Below, in pieces: positions 11,141 to 21,682 of a stretch of DNA of 64,000 bases. Numbering within the stretch: position 1 is the first letter of the stretch; each line of letters opens with the position of its first letter. A program made the translations under genes and the position numbers. The DNA comes from Thecamonas trahens ATCC 50062 (Eukaryota > Protista > Apusomonadida): NCBI RefSeq assembly GCF_000142905.1, contig NW_013657636.1:186001-250000 (forward strand), given 5' to 3'. The notes beneath the pieces were generated by a model that did not search any database, was not told the DNA's origin, and was given only the letters and a program-made list of their open reading frames with translations.

Positions 11141-11701
11141 ATGGGGCGGTGGTGATGGCGGGCCACCGCCATCTGAGGGAACATGAAAAGGGGGGGGATG
11201 GGATTGACCAATCCCTTAAAAGAGTGAGCGAGGGAGTAGATTCTAAGCTTGTGTTTGNNNNNNNNNNNNNNNNNNNNNNNNNNNNNNNNNNNNNNNNNNN
11301 NNNNNNNNNNNNNNNNNNNNNNNNNNNNNNNNNNNNNNNNNNNNNNNNNNNNNNNNNCCCTCCGCGTATTACGTGGTCGCCCTATTCCACAGTGAGAAAA
11401 AACCCACGTTGTATAGCTGGGTCTTGGCGTCGGCTTTTCATCCACTTTGTTCACGGCCGCACCACCCAAGCCCAAACCAGCTTCGGTCGTCAGCGCCATC
11501 GCTGCTAGCAAGCACCCACTCCCGCCCTCGGCCGACCCGTAGGGGGGGGGGGAGTGGCCAGACGGAGAAGCGACCTGGTTTGCGATGGGGCGGTGGTGAT
11601 GGCGGGCAGCGGCGATCTGAGGGAACATGAAAGGGGGGGGGATGGGATGGACGAGTCCATAAGAGGAGTGAGCGAGGGAGTAGATCGTAAGCTTGTGTTT
11701 G
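11141..11701. repeat. Two diverged ~115-bp direct repeats (11141-11257, 11587-11701) flanking a 100-N gap (11258-11357)
   Basis: ggggcggtggtgatggcggg...atctgagggaacatgaaa...gagtgagcgagggagtagat...taagcttgtgtttg occurs twice. Confidence 0.85.
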
Positions 11702-11847
11702 GCTCTATGGGTTGTGGTCGTGGTTCCGATTACGGCGGCGATGAGTGAGGTGGTCGCCTTGGCGCAAAAGAGTGCGATGTAGTGATGGCAGCGACATGGA
11801 GACGTGCAGATGTGCGAGGGCGTGGGTCATATGGTAGCATCAAGTTG

Positions 11848-12306
11848 CTACATGTACATGAGAGAGGTGCCTGTGATGTCGCGCGGGTTGTGGGGATCCG
11901 GTTGCGGATGAGCGCGGCGGTAGGCCTCAAAGTCGACATCGAGGGTGGGAAGTTGGTATCGACAGAGAGCGCACGTGCTGTGCTCGTACAGCCATGGCAT
12001 CAAGCACATCGAGTGGTACAGGTGATTGCAAGGAAGGCGCAGCGCTTCGTCACCCACAGCAAACGTCTCCATGCAGATCATACACGGCTCCTTGTGCTTG
12101 CGCACATGCGATGCACGGAGTTGAAAGACAGACTCTTCAAGCTCATCGAGATAGTATCTCGCTGTCGGAGGTGTCCTCTGCCCGACCCAATCGGGAATGT
12201 CGCCAGCGCTTCCGCCACCACCGCCGCCGACTCTGCTTCCATTGCCCGCATCACCGCCCTCGCGCACCAGCCGCTCCAGACTCGCTGCGTCCACGCCGTC
12301 GGCCAT
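11848..12306 (-). CDS. RING-H2 E3 ubiquitin ligase (RNF181-like)
   Basis: CMICMETF...LPCNHLYHSMCLMPWLYEHSTCALCRYQLPT. Confidence 0.9.
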   Translation of the reverse strand: MADGVDAASLERLVREGGDAGNGSRVGGGGGGSAGDIPDWVGQRTPPTARYYLDELEESVFQLRASHVRKHKEPCMICMETFAVGDEALRLPCNHLYHSMCLMPWLYEHSTCALCRYQLPTLDVDFEAYRRAHPQPDPHNPRDITGTSLMYM

Positions 12307-12573
12307 TCGCTAGCCAGTAGCCTTGTTCGACCGCTCTGCTTTGCTCCCTCTGTCCGTTGCCTGTCCTGTCGGCGTATGTCGACAGCTGTTGCCCGTCGAG
12401 TGAGGCGCGTGGGAGATGGCAGCGGTCGCAGGGCGGTCGCCTGGTCGCCTGGTCGCCCCGTCGCCTCGTCACCCCCGTCGCTTGGTGGGCTGCCTGATCG
12501 CAGACCCACATCAATCTTTACATGCCCTGCGCACACATGCGCTCGGAAAGGCGGAAGGCGTCGCGATGGGCAA

Positions 12574-13332
12574 TCATTCTGCGTCTGCTCGCACCACTGC
12601 CGAGCTGCGGCTTGTGATCTCGGCGGCAGTGTCAAAGATGACGTCGACCCACTCGGAGTACATCGAGCCCGAGGGATGGAGGCCGTCGCGAGCAAGGAGC
12701 GAGAGGTCGGACGCAGCCTTGCGCGAGATGGCGGTGACGTCGATCCAGTGGGCGCCGGCGGTAGCAGTCTCGTCGGCGGCAGCAGCGTTGAAGGCATCGA
12801 TTTCAGCGGCGATGACGGCGGCATCGGCACGCATCCGCTTTGCTGCAGGCGTGACACCCCAGTCTGGAATGGAGATGACGATGACGTTGTCGGGAAGGCC
12901 GCCGGCAAACTGGATGGCGGTCTCGAGGAGAGCCACAAACTCGGCCCGGTAGTCGTCCACGCTTCGTCCCCGGAACTGGTTGTTCACACCGATCAACAGA
13001 GACACAAGATCCCACGATGGCTCCCACAGTGTGCGCTGCGTCGCATGGGCGATGCCAGCCGAAAGCTCATCGGTTGTCCATCCCGTCTTGGCCACGATGC
13101 GGAGAGGGCGGAGATCGATACCGAACGATCGAAGCCGCTTCGCTAGCACCACCGGCCATCGCTCAGTCTCAAGTACGCTCTGGCCGATAGTGTATGAGTC
13201 GCCGAGAGCTAGGAATGATGCCGCTTGTGACCGTCCGGCGGTGACATCGATGGACTTGTCCGGGTCGCCGTTGTCGGAACATGTGATGTCACGAGCAGAT
13301 GTGATTGATGCGATGTCACGCGAGTGCGACAT
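12574..13332 (-). CDS. SGNH/GDSL hydrolase, bacterial type; start uncertain
   Basis: LALGDSYTIG, AKTGWTT, LLIGVNNQFRG and DGLHPS blocks. Confidence 0.9.
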   Translation of the reverse strand: MSHSRDIASITSARDITCSDNGDPDKSIDVTAGRSQAASFLALGDSYTIGQSVLETERWPVVLAKRLRSFGIDLRPLRIVAKTGWTTDELSAGIAHATQRTLWEPSWDLVSLLIGVNNQFRGRSVDDYRAEFVALLETAIQFAGGLPDNVIVISIPDWGVTPAAKRMRADAAVIAAEIDAFNAAAADETATAGAHWIDVTAISRKAASDLSLLARDGLHPSGSMYSEWVDVIFDTAAEITSRSSAVVRADAE

Positions 13333-13698
13333 GGCGACCGCGGCTGGAGGGGGGAGGGGGCGACCTTCCACGAGCCCGTTCTCTACAAGTATTCACCTTC
13401 CAACAACTCCAACCACCTTGCGCGAGTAGGTGGAATGTGTAGAACACAAGTGAGTTGGTTGTAGCCCGCTCCCATGTATGTACATGTCACACGGCCTCGT
13501 CTCCTTCGACTCGCGGCTGACGTGGAAGGTTCCTTGGCAAGACAACTTCGGTTCGAACGGATGACATTCGGCAGAAGCGGGAACAAAAAGCAGGAACAAA
13601 TGATCGACATTGGTTGGAATGTTTGACCTCAACACAAACCTCATCTCTATTGATCGTACACAACACACACATACACACACACACGTCACGAGATACAT

Positions 13699-14965
13699 CA
13701 TGCCGATGACGCTTGATTACACACTAACTCCGCCAAAGGGCGCGGTGACCATGAAGCGCAAGCGCGTTCCTTCTTTGAGGGTCTCCCGAAATGAACCTGA
13801 TGCGCTCCAGGCGTGGCGCGACAAGCCACTCTTCCCATTTGTTCGAGTCGAGCACGACTCGGCCGGTGGGTTGGAGCCGGACGACGTGTTCCTGCTGTGG
13901 CAGCTGCGGGCCGAGGACGGTAGCGAGGTGCTTCGATGTGCACGATGCCAACCTGCGCCGGTCAACATGCTCCAGTTCCGACAGCGCGGGGTGTTCAAGC
14001 GGATCTACGAGCGTGGTTCACCGCAGGCGGGCTTCCTCGATCCGAGCACCGACGTCGGCATGCCGGTGGAAGCCGCGCTCGACGGCTCGCGTGGGACGGC
14101 CGGGCCCGAGGTCCACGGCGTGCTCGCGTACGGCAAGCTCGAGCCACCTTCGGGCAAGCGCGGTGGACGCCAGGTCTGGTCGTCGACGTTCAAGGTCTCG
14201 ATCCAGTGCAACTCGCACTTTCACGACAACCTGCGGTTCAGGCTCTACACCCAGGCCGTCGTCGTCCGCAATGACGCGGCAGGCGAGCCGGTCATTGTTG
14301 CGCTCGAGTCGGCGGCGACTGCGCCTATCCAGGTTGTCTCCAAGTTTCTTGATCCCGTCGATCCCGAGCCCGACGACCCGGCCCAGTTTCCAGCCTCGAC
14401 CGCCAACGCGGTCGGCCAGGGCATGGTTCACTCGCTGGTCGACGCAGTTACTGCCACGCCCCGGCCGGGCCGTAAGCGACGCCGATCGGCAGAGCCCGAC
14501 TTGGCGCGGAACTGCTTGACCCACGATCATGGCGAGGCAGACTCGCAGCCGAACTCACCGCCAAAACGGGCCAAGGCGCTCGATGGCAGCCGGCTCTGTA
14601 CCCGATGCGGCGGGCCTGCGAGCGCGTCTCTAGCGCCGCTGATTCCGCCGTTTCTCCCTCCAAACTCGCCGTTCTCGGCTCTGCTCTTCTCGCCGTTCCC
14701 GCGACTCTCCGAGCCCGCATTCTCGAGCGACGAGCTGCCCGTGACCGACGCCGACACGGACATTGCCAGCTTTCTGGTCACGCCCACCGGCGAGGTTCCG
14801 ATGGAACTTGCCTTTCCCAGCCAGTCGGCCAAGTTGCCACCGACCGACGGGCCGGAGCTCTCGCGCGACGCAGCGGCAACGCTTGCCATGTTTGATGCGC
14901 TGCTGCCCGGTGAGCAGCGTCGGCTGCTCGGCGTGCTCAGCGTTGCGCCGCCGCCGCCAATGTAG
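13699..14965 (+). CDS. Hypothetical nuclear protein, possible Ig-fold (p53/CudA-like) DNA-binding domain
   Basis: Long ORF with coding-like composition; CARC...IQCNSHFH...APIQVVSK; NLS-like PGRKRRRS; P/S-rich tail. Confidence 0.6.
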
Positions 14966-14975
14966 GCGCGTGCGC

Positions 14976-16169
14976 CTACCCGGCCGGCTCTTCGGCAAGC
15001 TTGAGGCGGGCGAGAGCAATATCTGCAGCGCGATCCAGCCGCGCGGCGGCGGCGGCACTGGCACCGCCGTCGCCCAACCAGCACCGAAGGTAGTAGACCT
15101 TGCGCTCTGCGGCCTTGAGCACAGCTTTGGTGCCCTGTGCACGCTCGGCCTTGGCAGCTTTGCGGGCGCGTCGCCACCAGGTCTCCACTTGCGCCAGCAG
15201 CCGGTCTAACCTGGCGCGCAGTCTTCCTTCCACCTCATCTCCTTGGTCTCTCCCGCGTGTGCCCGCGTCAAACAGTGCGGCGACGTCGCGGAGGACAATG
15301 AACATATCAAACCCAGCTGCGGTGTGGATGCGAGGGCCTGCCGCGACAAGGGCGGCGGTGGCGGCGAGCGCGAGCGCGTCCGCCGACGCCGGCGACACCA
15401 GCGCCGGCGGCGGTTCCCTTCCAAAGGCAGTCGGCGCGACAGTGGCAAGCAGATCGACCACCTGGCGCCACTCGCCATCGGCAAACATCAGCTCGCCGTT
15501 GTACTTGCGGAGGGCGGCGGCGGCAGCAGCGACAACCTCGACGAGGCTGACGAGGACGCCTGGCGCCGGCGGCAGGCGGGAGAGCTCGGATATCAGTGGC
15601 AGGTCTGGCGGCGCCGGTGTAAGGTCGGCCAGTGGTGCGTCAGGTAGCCACCACGGTTGCCAGAGGTCCATCATCGGTGCCATAGCGCCGACCTCGAGCT
15701 CTTGGGCAAAGGCCCAGCGAACAGCGTCGGGCAATGCGTCAAAGTCCGGCACCTCGCCCGAGGCCATCATTGTCTCGTTCAGCTCTTCCAGCGCCTGCAG
15801 CAGATCCGAGTCAGTCGGGCGGCGTCCCCCAGAACGATGACGATCCGTATCCAGGAGGCAAGCAGGATGAGACCCCCCGGACTCGACGTTGCCATCGACG
15901 CCGAGATCAGCTTGGAGAGCAGCGGCAGCATTGTCTACCTTTGAATGAAAGGCATGAACACGAGCAAGTAAATCATCAGCATCAGGCAAAGCATCATCAT
16001 GAGCAAGAGCTTGAGCGACTTGAGCTCTGTAAAAGGCTTCGGTGCATGCAGAGGAATGGGACTTGTAGCAAGTGAGCGAGCACGAGTCAGCCGAGCACTT
16101 TGGGCAGACATACACTCCGAGAGCATGACCACAGACAGCACAACTCCGGTGAATCCGAACCTCATCCAT
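14976..16169 (-). CDS. ZNHIT2: Zinc finger HIT domain protein 2-like
   Basis: CAVC...YVCPKC...CSLTCYKSHSSACTEAFY, WQPWW, AERKVYYLRCW. Confidence 0.85.
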   Translation of the reverse strand: MDEVRIHRSCAVCGHALGVYVCPKCSADSCSLTCYKSHSSACTEAFYRAQVAQALAHDDALPDADDLLARVHAFHSKVDNAAAALQADLGVDGNVESGGSHPACLLDTDRHRSGGRRPTDSDLLQALEELNETMMASGEVPDFDALPDAVRWAFAQELEVGAMAPMMDLWQPWWLPDAPLADLTPAPPDLPLISELSRLPPAPGVLVSLVEVVAAAAAALRKYNGELMFADGEWRQVVDLLATVAPTAFGREPPPALVSPASADALALAATAALVAAGPRIHTAAGFDMFIVLRDVAALFDAGTRGRDQGDEVEGRLRARLDRLLAQVETWWRRARKAAKAERAQGTKAVLKAAERKVYYLRCWLGDGGASAAAAARLDRAADIALARLKLAEEPAG

Positions 16170-16598
16170 ACTTGGTCTATGATTGCAGGTGAGAGTGATG
16201 GTGACGTGGGGTGCCGTCTGTCTCTGCTGTGTCGACGGCCGACAGAGGCTTGAGTGAGAGGTGAGTGACTCCAACTACTCGAGGGGTGGCGGACGGGGAC
16301 GGGGACGGGGACGGTGACGGTGACGGGGACGGGGCCGAGTGTGGTAGATCGGTGGAAGGTAAGGGGGTGTGATGGTGGTGGATATGGGATCATTCGCCAT
16401 CACACCATCTCTGCAGCGGTGGCAGCCATGGGGTAGGAGGCGGCCCTGACCTCCGCTGTCATGACCATGACCACGACCACCGGGACGGGGTCGGGGTCGG
16501 GGTCGGGGACGGGGACGGAGACGGGCACGGGGACGAACCCCAACCACGAGCCACTCGACTCGACGGCTGTCCAAAGACAGATAAAAAGAGGAGAGACC

Positions 16599-17251
16599 AT
16601 GGCTCTGACGTCGGACTTGTCGCACAAGCGCACTGTGGAAGAGCTCCAGCCCAAGGCCCGGTTGTCGTGGTAGGTGAGGGAGGAAGGGAGGACGAGGAGG
16701 AGGGCGGGGGGGAGGGGGGGGGGGGGGCGGGGAGGGGGGCTCATGGTGGACTCATTGGTGGGTGGGTGTGCAGGCAAGAGTTTAATCAACGACGAAAAGA
16801 GCTTGAGGATCAGCAAGAGGCGGACATTCGCGAGGCTGCGGCGTTCCGGAAGCTACTGGACTCGGAGAGATCGCTGCGGTTGTCGGGCATGTCGCTGGAG
16901 GAGATCGATAGCATGAAGGAGGGCAAGGGGAGAAGAAGCGGGAGTAGGAGGAGTAGGCGTAGTGGCCACTCGCGGAGAAGTGGTCATGTCTCTCGAAGTG
17001 GGCGCTCGTCCCGGAGTGGGCGCTCATCTCGGAGTGGACGTTCATCTCGGAGTGGGCGCTCGCGGAAGAGCTCCCGCCGCCATCGGTCGTCAAAGTCCGG
17101 CTCTGCATCCGGCTCTGGCACTCGGTCGCGGTCGCGGTCGCGGTCGCGGTCACATCGTGGAAAGCACAAGTCCAAGTCGTCGCGCCGATCGCGGTCGCGG
17201 CGGCAGCGGGGTTCAAGATCAGGCTCGGGCTCGGGCTCGGGTTCGGGCTAG
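16599..17251 (+). CDS. FAM133-like small protein with RS-rich tail; intron 16670-16773
   Basis: Spliced product PKARLSWQEFNQRRKE...FRKLLDSERSLRLSG plus an RS/K-rich tail. GTAGGT donor and GCAG acceptor are in phase. Confidence 0.65.
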
Positions 17252-17270
17252 AGGCGCACACGCTGTTAAT

Positions 17271-19407
17271 TCACTGAACCGAGTGGCGGCGGAGCGAGGC
17301 GCCAAACGAGGTGGCGTTGGCGAACGAAGGCATGACGCCGACGTGATGGTGCTTCTTGGACGAGAGCATGTGCTTCTGGAGGAAGCGGATCTTGGCCTCA
17401 TGGACGAGCTGCAGCTGGTGACGGATCTTGGCCTCCTCGCGCTCCTCCTCTTCGCGCTCCATGTCCTCGAGCGAGGCGGCCAGGCCGCGGTGGCGGCCAA
17501 GGAGCATGACAGACATGAGGAGAACCTGTGAGAAGCGCGAGAGGGCGCCAGCAAACGAGACCGACTTGCCCGGGAAGCCCATGGAGAGGCCGACGTTGCC
17601 AAAGGCGGAGATGACCTCAAAGACGACGCGGAACGGCTCGTAGCCATAGGCATCCGGGTCGGAGAGCGACGACGACTCGGCGATAAAGATGAGCAGGACG
17701 ACGGTGAAGAGCCAGAGCGAGTTGCGGATGAGCATGGAGCGAGTGGAGAGCGAGAGCGAGCCCTGGACCTGGTCGACCAGCGTGTCTTTGGCCACGCCGT
17801 CGTCGTCGCGTGGTGACTTGAGGCCGGAGATGGGATACGGCCGGATGTACATGAGGACAATGTAGAGGACGAGCAGCGCGTACGAGATGGCGCCGATGTC
17901 GATGGTGTTGAAGCCTGCAGTACGGGTTGAGATCGACTGGAAGAGGCAGACAAGGATCCATGTCGGCCCGTTGATGTGTGACAGCGCCGAGCGCTGGGTC
18001 TCAACAATGAGGAAGAGAATCGAGGTCGGGAGGAGAAGGCCGATGGAGAAGAGCATAAAGAGCTTGGTCTGGAGGCCCGGAAAGAGGAGGATGTACCAGC
18101 GCGGGTTGTCCAGCAGGTACTGGTAGAGACCGCCGTACGACGACTTGCGGCGGAGGAGGTAGATGACCGAGTAGAGGAGAACCGGGAACGCTGTGTTGCC
18201 GCAGAGGATGAGCAAGGCCACCACGGCGTTGATCACCACCGAGCCGCGGAGCTGGACAAGGTTGTCGGGCGCAAGAGCAAAGCCGGCGTTGTTGAACGCC
18301 GAGATTGTGTGGAAGAACGACCAGTACCACGGCGAGACGCCGAGCGCCTTGACCACGCTCGAGCCGAGCGACGAAAACTGCATGTACAGACCCATGACAA
18401 AAAAGGCAAAGCCCATGATGCCTGCCACGGTGAGCGGAATAACAAGGAGCAGTCGCCCAAGTGCGGCGTACTCGATGTCGTAGAACTTGAGGTCTTCCGG
18501 TGTGTGGAGCGAGGCGTACCGCTTGACCAGGATCCGAGCTCGCTTCAGCACCAGTGACGGGTAGGTGGTGAACACAATGCCGCCGGCAAAAATGAGAATG
18601 AGGACCCAGACCTGCGAGACGACCCGGAGCTGGGAAAAGTCGACCACCTGCAGGCCGGTCACGGTCAGCGCTGAGACAACGGTAAAGAGTGCGTCCATAA
18701 ACGCCATCTGGGTCGCCTGCGACTCGAGGCCCCAAAGCACAAAGGTTCCCACGGCAGACATGATGGCAAAGTAGAGGACGTGAAGCCGAAAGTAGTGCAG
18801 ATCCGGCAGCTGCATGACAAACTCATCGACGCCGCGCTCGTCTTCATCGTCGCTGTAGTATTCGTACTCGTACTCGCCATCAGCAGCCATCAGGCCACCC
18901 TCTCCCTGTCCACGATACGAGTCCACATTGTTGAGGCCAAGGCCTACACCAAGGCCACCGCCATCCCTCTGCGACTTGTTCGAGACAATCGACTCTGTCT
19001 TGCGCATCGACGCCTGTCTCGACAGTGCGTGGAGCTCGGCCAAGCCCTCCTGCAGCACATCGATGCCAGATCGAACCGATGCACCTCTCCTCGGCGAGCC
19101 AGCAGTACCACCACCACCACCACCACGGAGCAGCAGAACTGTGATTCCCAGCGAGCCGACCCGTTGAGAGCTGCGGATGGAGCGATGATGACAGAGCGGT
19201 ACCCCGGGACGACAGAGTCCGTGGGCTTTGTCGCATGGCCTGCCGGGTGACAGTGACAGTACCAGGATCAGGACCAAGAGCAGCATCATCAGAAGGAGAG
19301 ACACGTGGAGAATGAGGAGGATGATGATGACTGTGATGATGAGGATGATGGGGGGCAGTCTCCCGCTGGTCACCCTCTTCCGAGTACCCGTACGAGTACG
19401 AGGACAT
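17271..19407 (-). CDS. Trk/HKT (TrkH family) K+/Na+ transporter; N-terminus joined across a frame break or intron near 19120-19200
   Basis: Pore motifs SALTVTGL, SAFNNAGF, STRTAGF, SAFGNVGLSMG, MLLGRHRGL. Confidence 0.92.
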
Positions 19408-19699
19408 GGCGAGTATGAGAGAGGGAGGAGGGGAGGGGGGGGATGTGAGGATGTGGAGGGGGTGGGGTGGGGTATGTCGTGAGGTGTGGGTATGTGTGGC
19501 ACACTGGGTGGGTCTCCTGCTCATCCTCCTGGTCGTGACTGTGGCAGTGGAGGGATGCCCCCCTCCCCTGTCGGCTCACAGGCGGTGGGAAGAGGAGGCA
19601 CTGCGGGGGATGATGGATTTAGGAGACAGGAGAGACAGAAGATGGGAGATGGAGACTTGGTCAGGACCAGTCGGCAAGGGCATGTATTGACTGACTGGT

Positions 19700-20170
19700 G
19701 GTGGATGACTGGTGATGGCTGGCTCGATGGCTGGCGATGGCTGTGGCCGACTCGATGGCTGGTGATGGATGGCTGTGACCGACTCGCTGGCTGGTGATGG
19801 ATGGCTGTGACCGACTCGCTGGCTGGTGATGGATGGCTGTGACCGACTCGCTGGCTGGTGATGGATGGCTGTGGCCGACTCGCTGGCTGGTGATGGATGG
19901 CTGTGGCCGACTCGATGGCAGGTGATGGATGGCTGTGGCCGACTCGCTGGCAGGTGATGGATGGCTGTGGCCGACTCGATGGCAGGTGATGGATGGCTGT
20001 GACCGACTCGCTGGCTGGTGATGGATGGCTGTGACCGACTCGCTGGCTGGTGATGGATGGCTGTGGCCGACTCGCTGGCTGGTGATGGATGGCTGTGACC
20101 GACTCGCTGGCTGGTGATGGATGGCTGTGACCGACTCGCTGGCTGGTGATGGATGGCTGTGACCGACTCG
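19700..20170. repeat. 32-bp minisatellite (ctggtgatggatggctgtgaccgactcgctgg), about 13 copies
   Basis: Head-to-tail units with minor variants and no spacers. Confidence 0.95.
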
Positions 20171-20357
20171 CAGGCTGGATCGGTGGCGGTTGGTCGGTGG
20201 CGATCGATGGCGATCGGTCGGCTTCCGGTCGGTGGGGCGGACAACCAGCAACGGGGGAGAGCGGAGGGTAGAAGGACCGTAGACGCAACTCTACGAAGCC
20301 CTTCATTGCCGGACACCAGTGAGTGTGACTCTGTCCAATTCTCTGTACCATAGAGCT

Positions 20358-21290
20358 ATGGGAGGTAATGTAGCATGTGGCAAGGGCAATCCAGGTCCCG
20401 GTGTGGCTGTGGGTCGGCTGGTGGAGGTGGTGGCGGCAGTGGTCGTCGTTCTTGCTCTGATGGCACCTGTGACCATGGCTGGATGCCCGCCGGTCTCTCC
20501 AGCTGCATCCACCCGTATTGTCTCGTGTGGAACAGACATTGGGGATGTATGCTCGTTTGAATGTGCTCATGGCTACTCTCTCCCGCAAGATGTATCCCTC
20601 ATCATGCATTGTGTGGCTAATGGCGCTAACCATCCGTTTTGGCGCCCGTCGCTCCCGCCTCTCTGCGTCGCTGCTTTGTCGCCAAGGGCAAGGGATGGCT
20701 CAGATTCGGTCGTCACTGCAACTGCTCTCTCCACTGTTGCTGTTCTGTTTATCATCGCTGCACTCTGTGTCGCTCTCCGTCTCAAGATCGCTGTTGACAA
20801 TGAGAAGGCCGGAAAGACGCCTGCCGACCAACATGTCGCTGCGCAGCCGGTGCTGTTGGAAGACGCCAGCCATCTGCCCTTTGCACAAGATTCGGAAGGG
20901 CAGAACGATGCGCCGCATGGCCAGTCGTTTGAAAGCCAGCCGAATGATGCACAGGCAGAGCCTACAATCGGCCCAAAGCTGCACCCCACGTCGCTGTCGC
21001 CGGCGGCTGCGCCTGCACCTGCACCTGCTCCAGCTACACCTTCTCCGTCGGCACATGTGGCGGCTGCATCGGTGCAGTCGTCGCTCTCGCCTGCCCGCAC
21101 AGTAGCCTCGCCGTCATCGACGCCGCCGCGTGGCCCGCGTCCGCGTCCCCGTCCGCGCCCTAGCCTCACCACCCAGGTCTACACCCCTGGCCGCAACGGT
21201 GGGGTAGAGACATCGATGACGCCCTCGCGCGAAGTCGCTGCCACCACCGTCCCTCTCGATACCTTTGCCCAGCACCAGTCGCGTATCTAG
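20358..21290 (+). CDS. Type I membrane protein with a single sushi/CCP domain
   Basis: Hydrophobic leader; CPP...GDVCSFECAHGYSL...HC...W...PPLC; TM segment VAVLFIIAALCVAL; P/S/T-rich tail. Confidence 0.75.
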   Translation: MGGNVACGKGNPGPGVAVGRLVEVVAAVVVVLALMAPVTMAGCPPVSPAASTRIVSCGTDIGDVCSFECAHGYSLPQDVSLIMHCVANGANHPFWRPSLPPLCVAALSPRARDGSDSVVTATALSTVAVLFIIAALCVALRLKIAVDNEKAGKTPADQHVAAQPVLLEDASHLPFAQDSEGQNDAPHGQSFESQPNDAQAEPTIGPKLHPTSLSPAAAPAPAPAPATPSPSAHVAAASVQSSLSPARTVASPSSTPPRGPRPRPRPRPSLTTQVYTPGRNGGVETSMTPSREVAATTVPLDTFAQHQSRI

Positions 21291-21682
21291 TCGCGTCCTA
21301 ACCACGCACGTTCTGATATCACAGCCCCCTCTACCTCCCACAGCCCCCCACTGTGAACCAACTCAATCCAACCCCCCTCAATCGCCCATCCACGCCATCA
21401 TCACCCATCATCAGCCTTCATTTCGCTTAGCGCAGGAGTGGCTTGGCAAACCAAGAGCAGTCACTTTGACGAAAGCGAGCAAATGAGTGCGACTCGCAGA
21501 GATTTGGAAGAGAGTTTGGCCGACGACAACGACGACCACAAGCACGGACACGACGAGAACGAGGACGGGGACGACAACAACAGCTCGGCGTGCGACAACA
21601 ACCACAACAACAACGAACGACGACAACAACAGCTACTTGACTTCAACTGGAAGACACACTCGGTTGCGGGCAAAGGGCGAGT

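Noticed and set aside
13540-13570. tRNA (GGTTCGAA T-loop-like motif)
   Set aside because: No acceptor, D or anticodon stems could be built around it.
19700-20170. CRISPR array
   Set aside because: The 32-bp units are contiguous with no unique spacers, no cas genes are nearby and the context is eukaryotic. The same applies to the 27-bp arrays.
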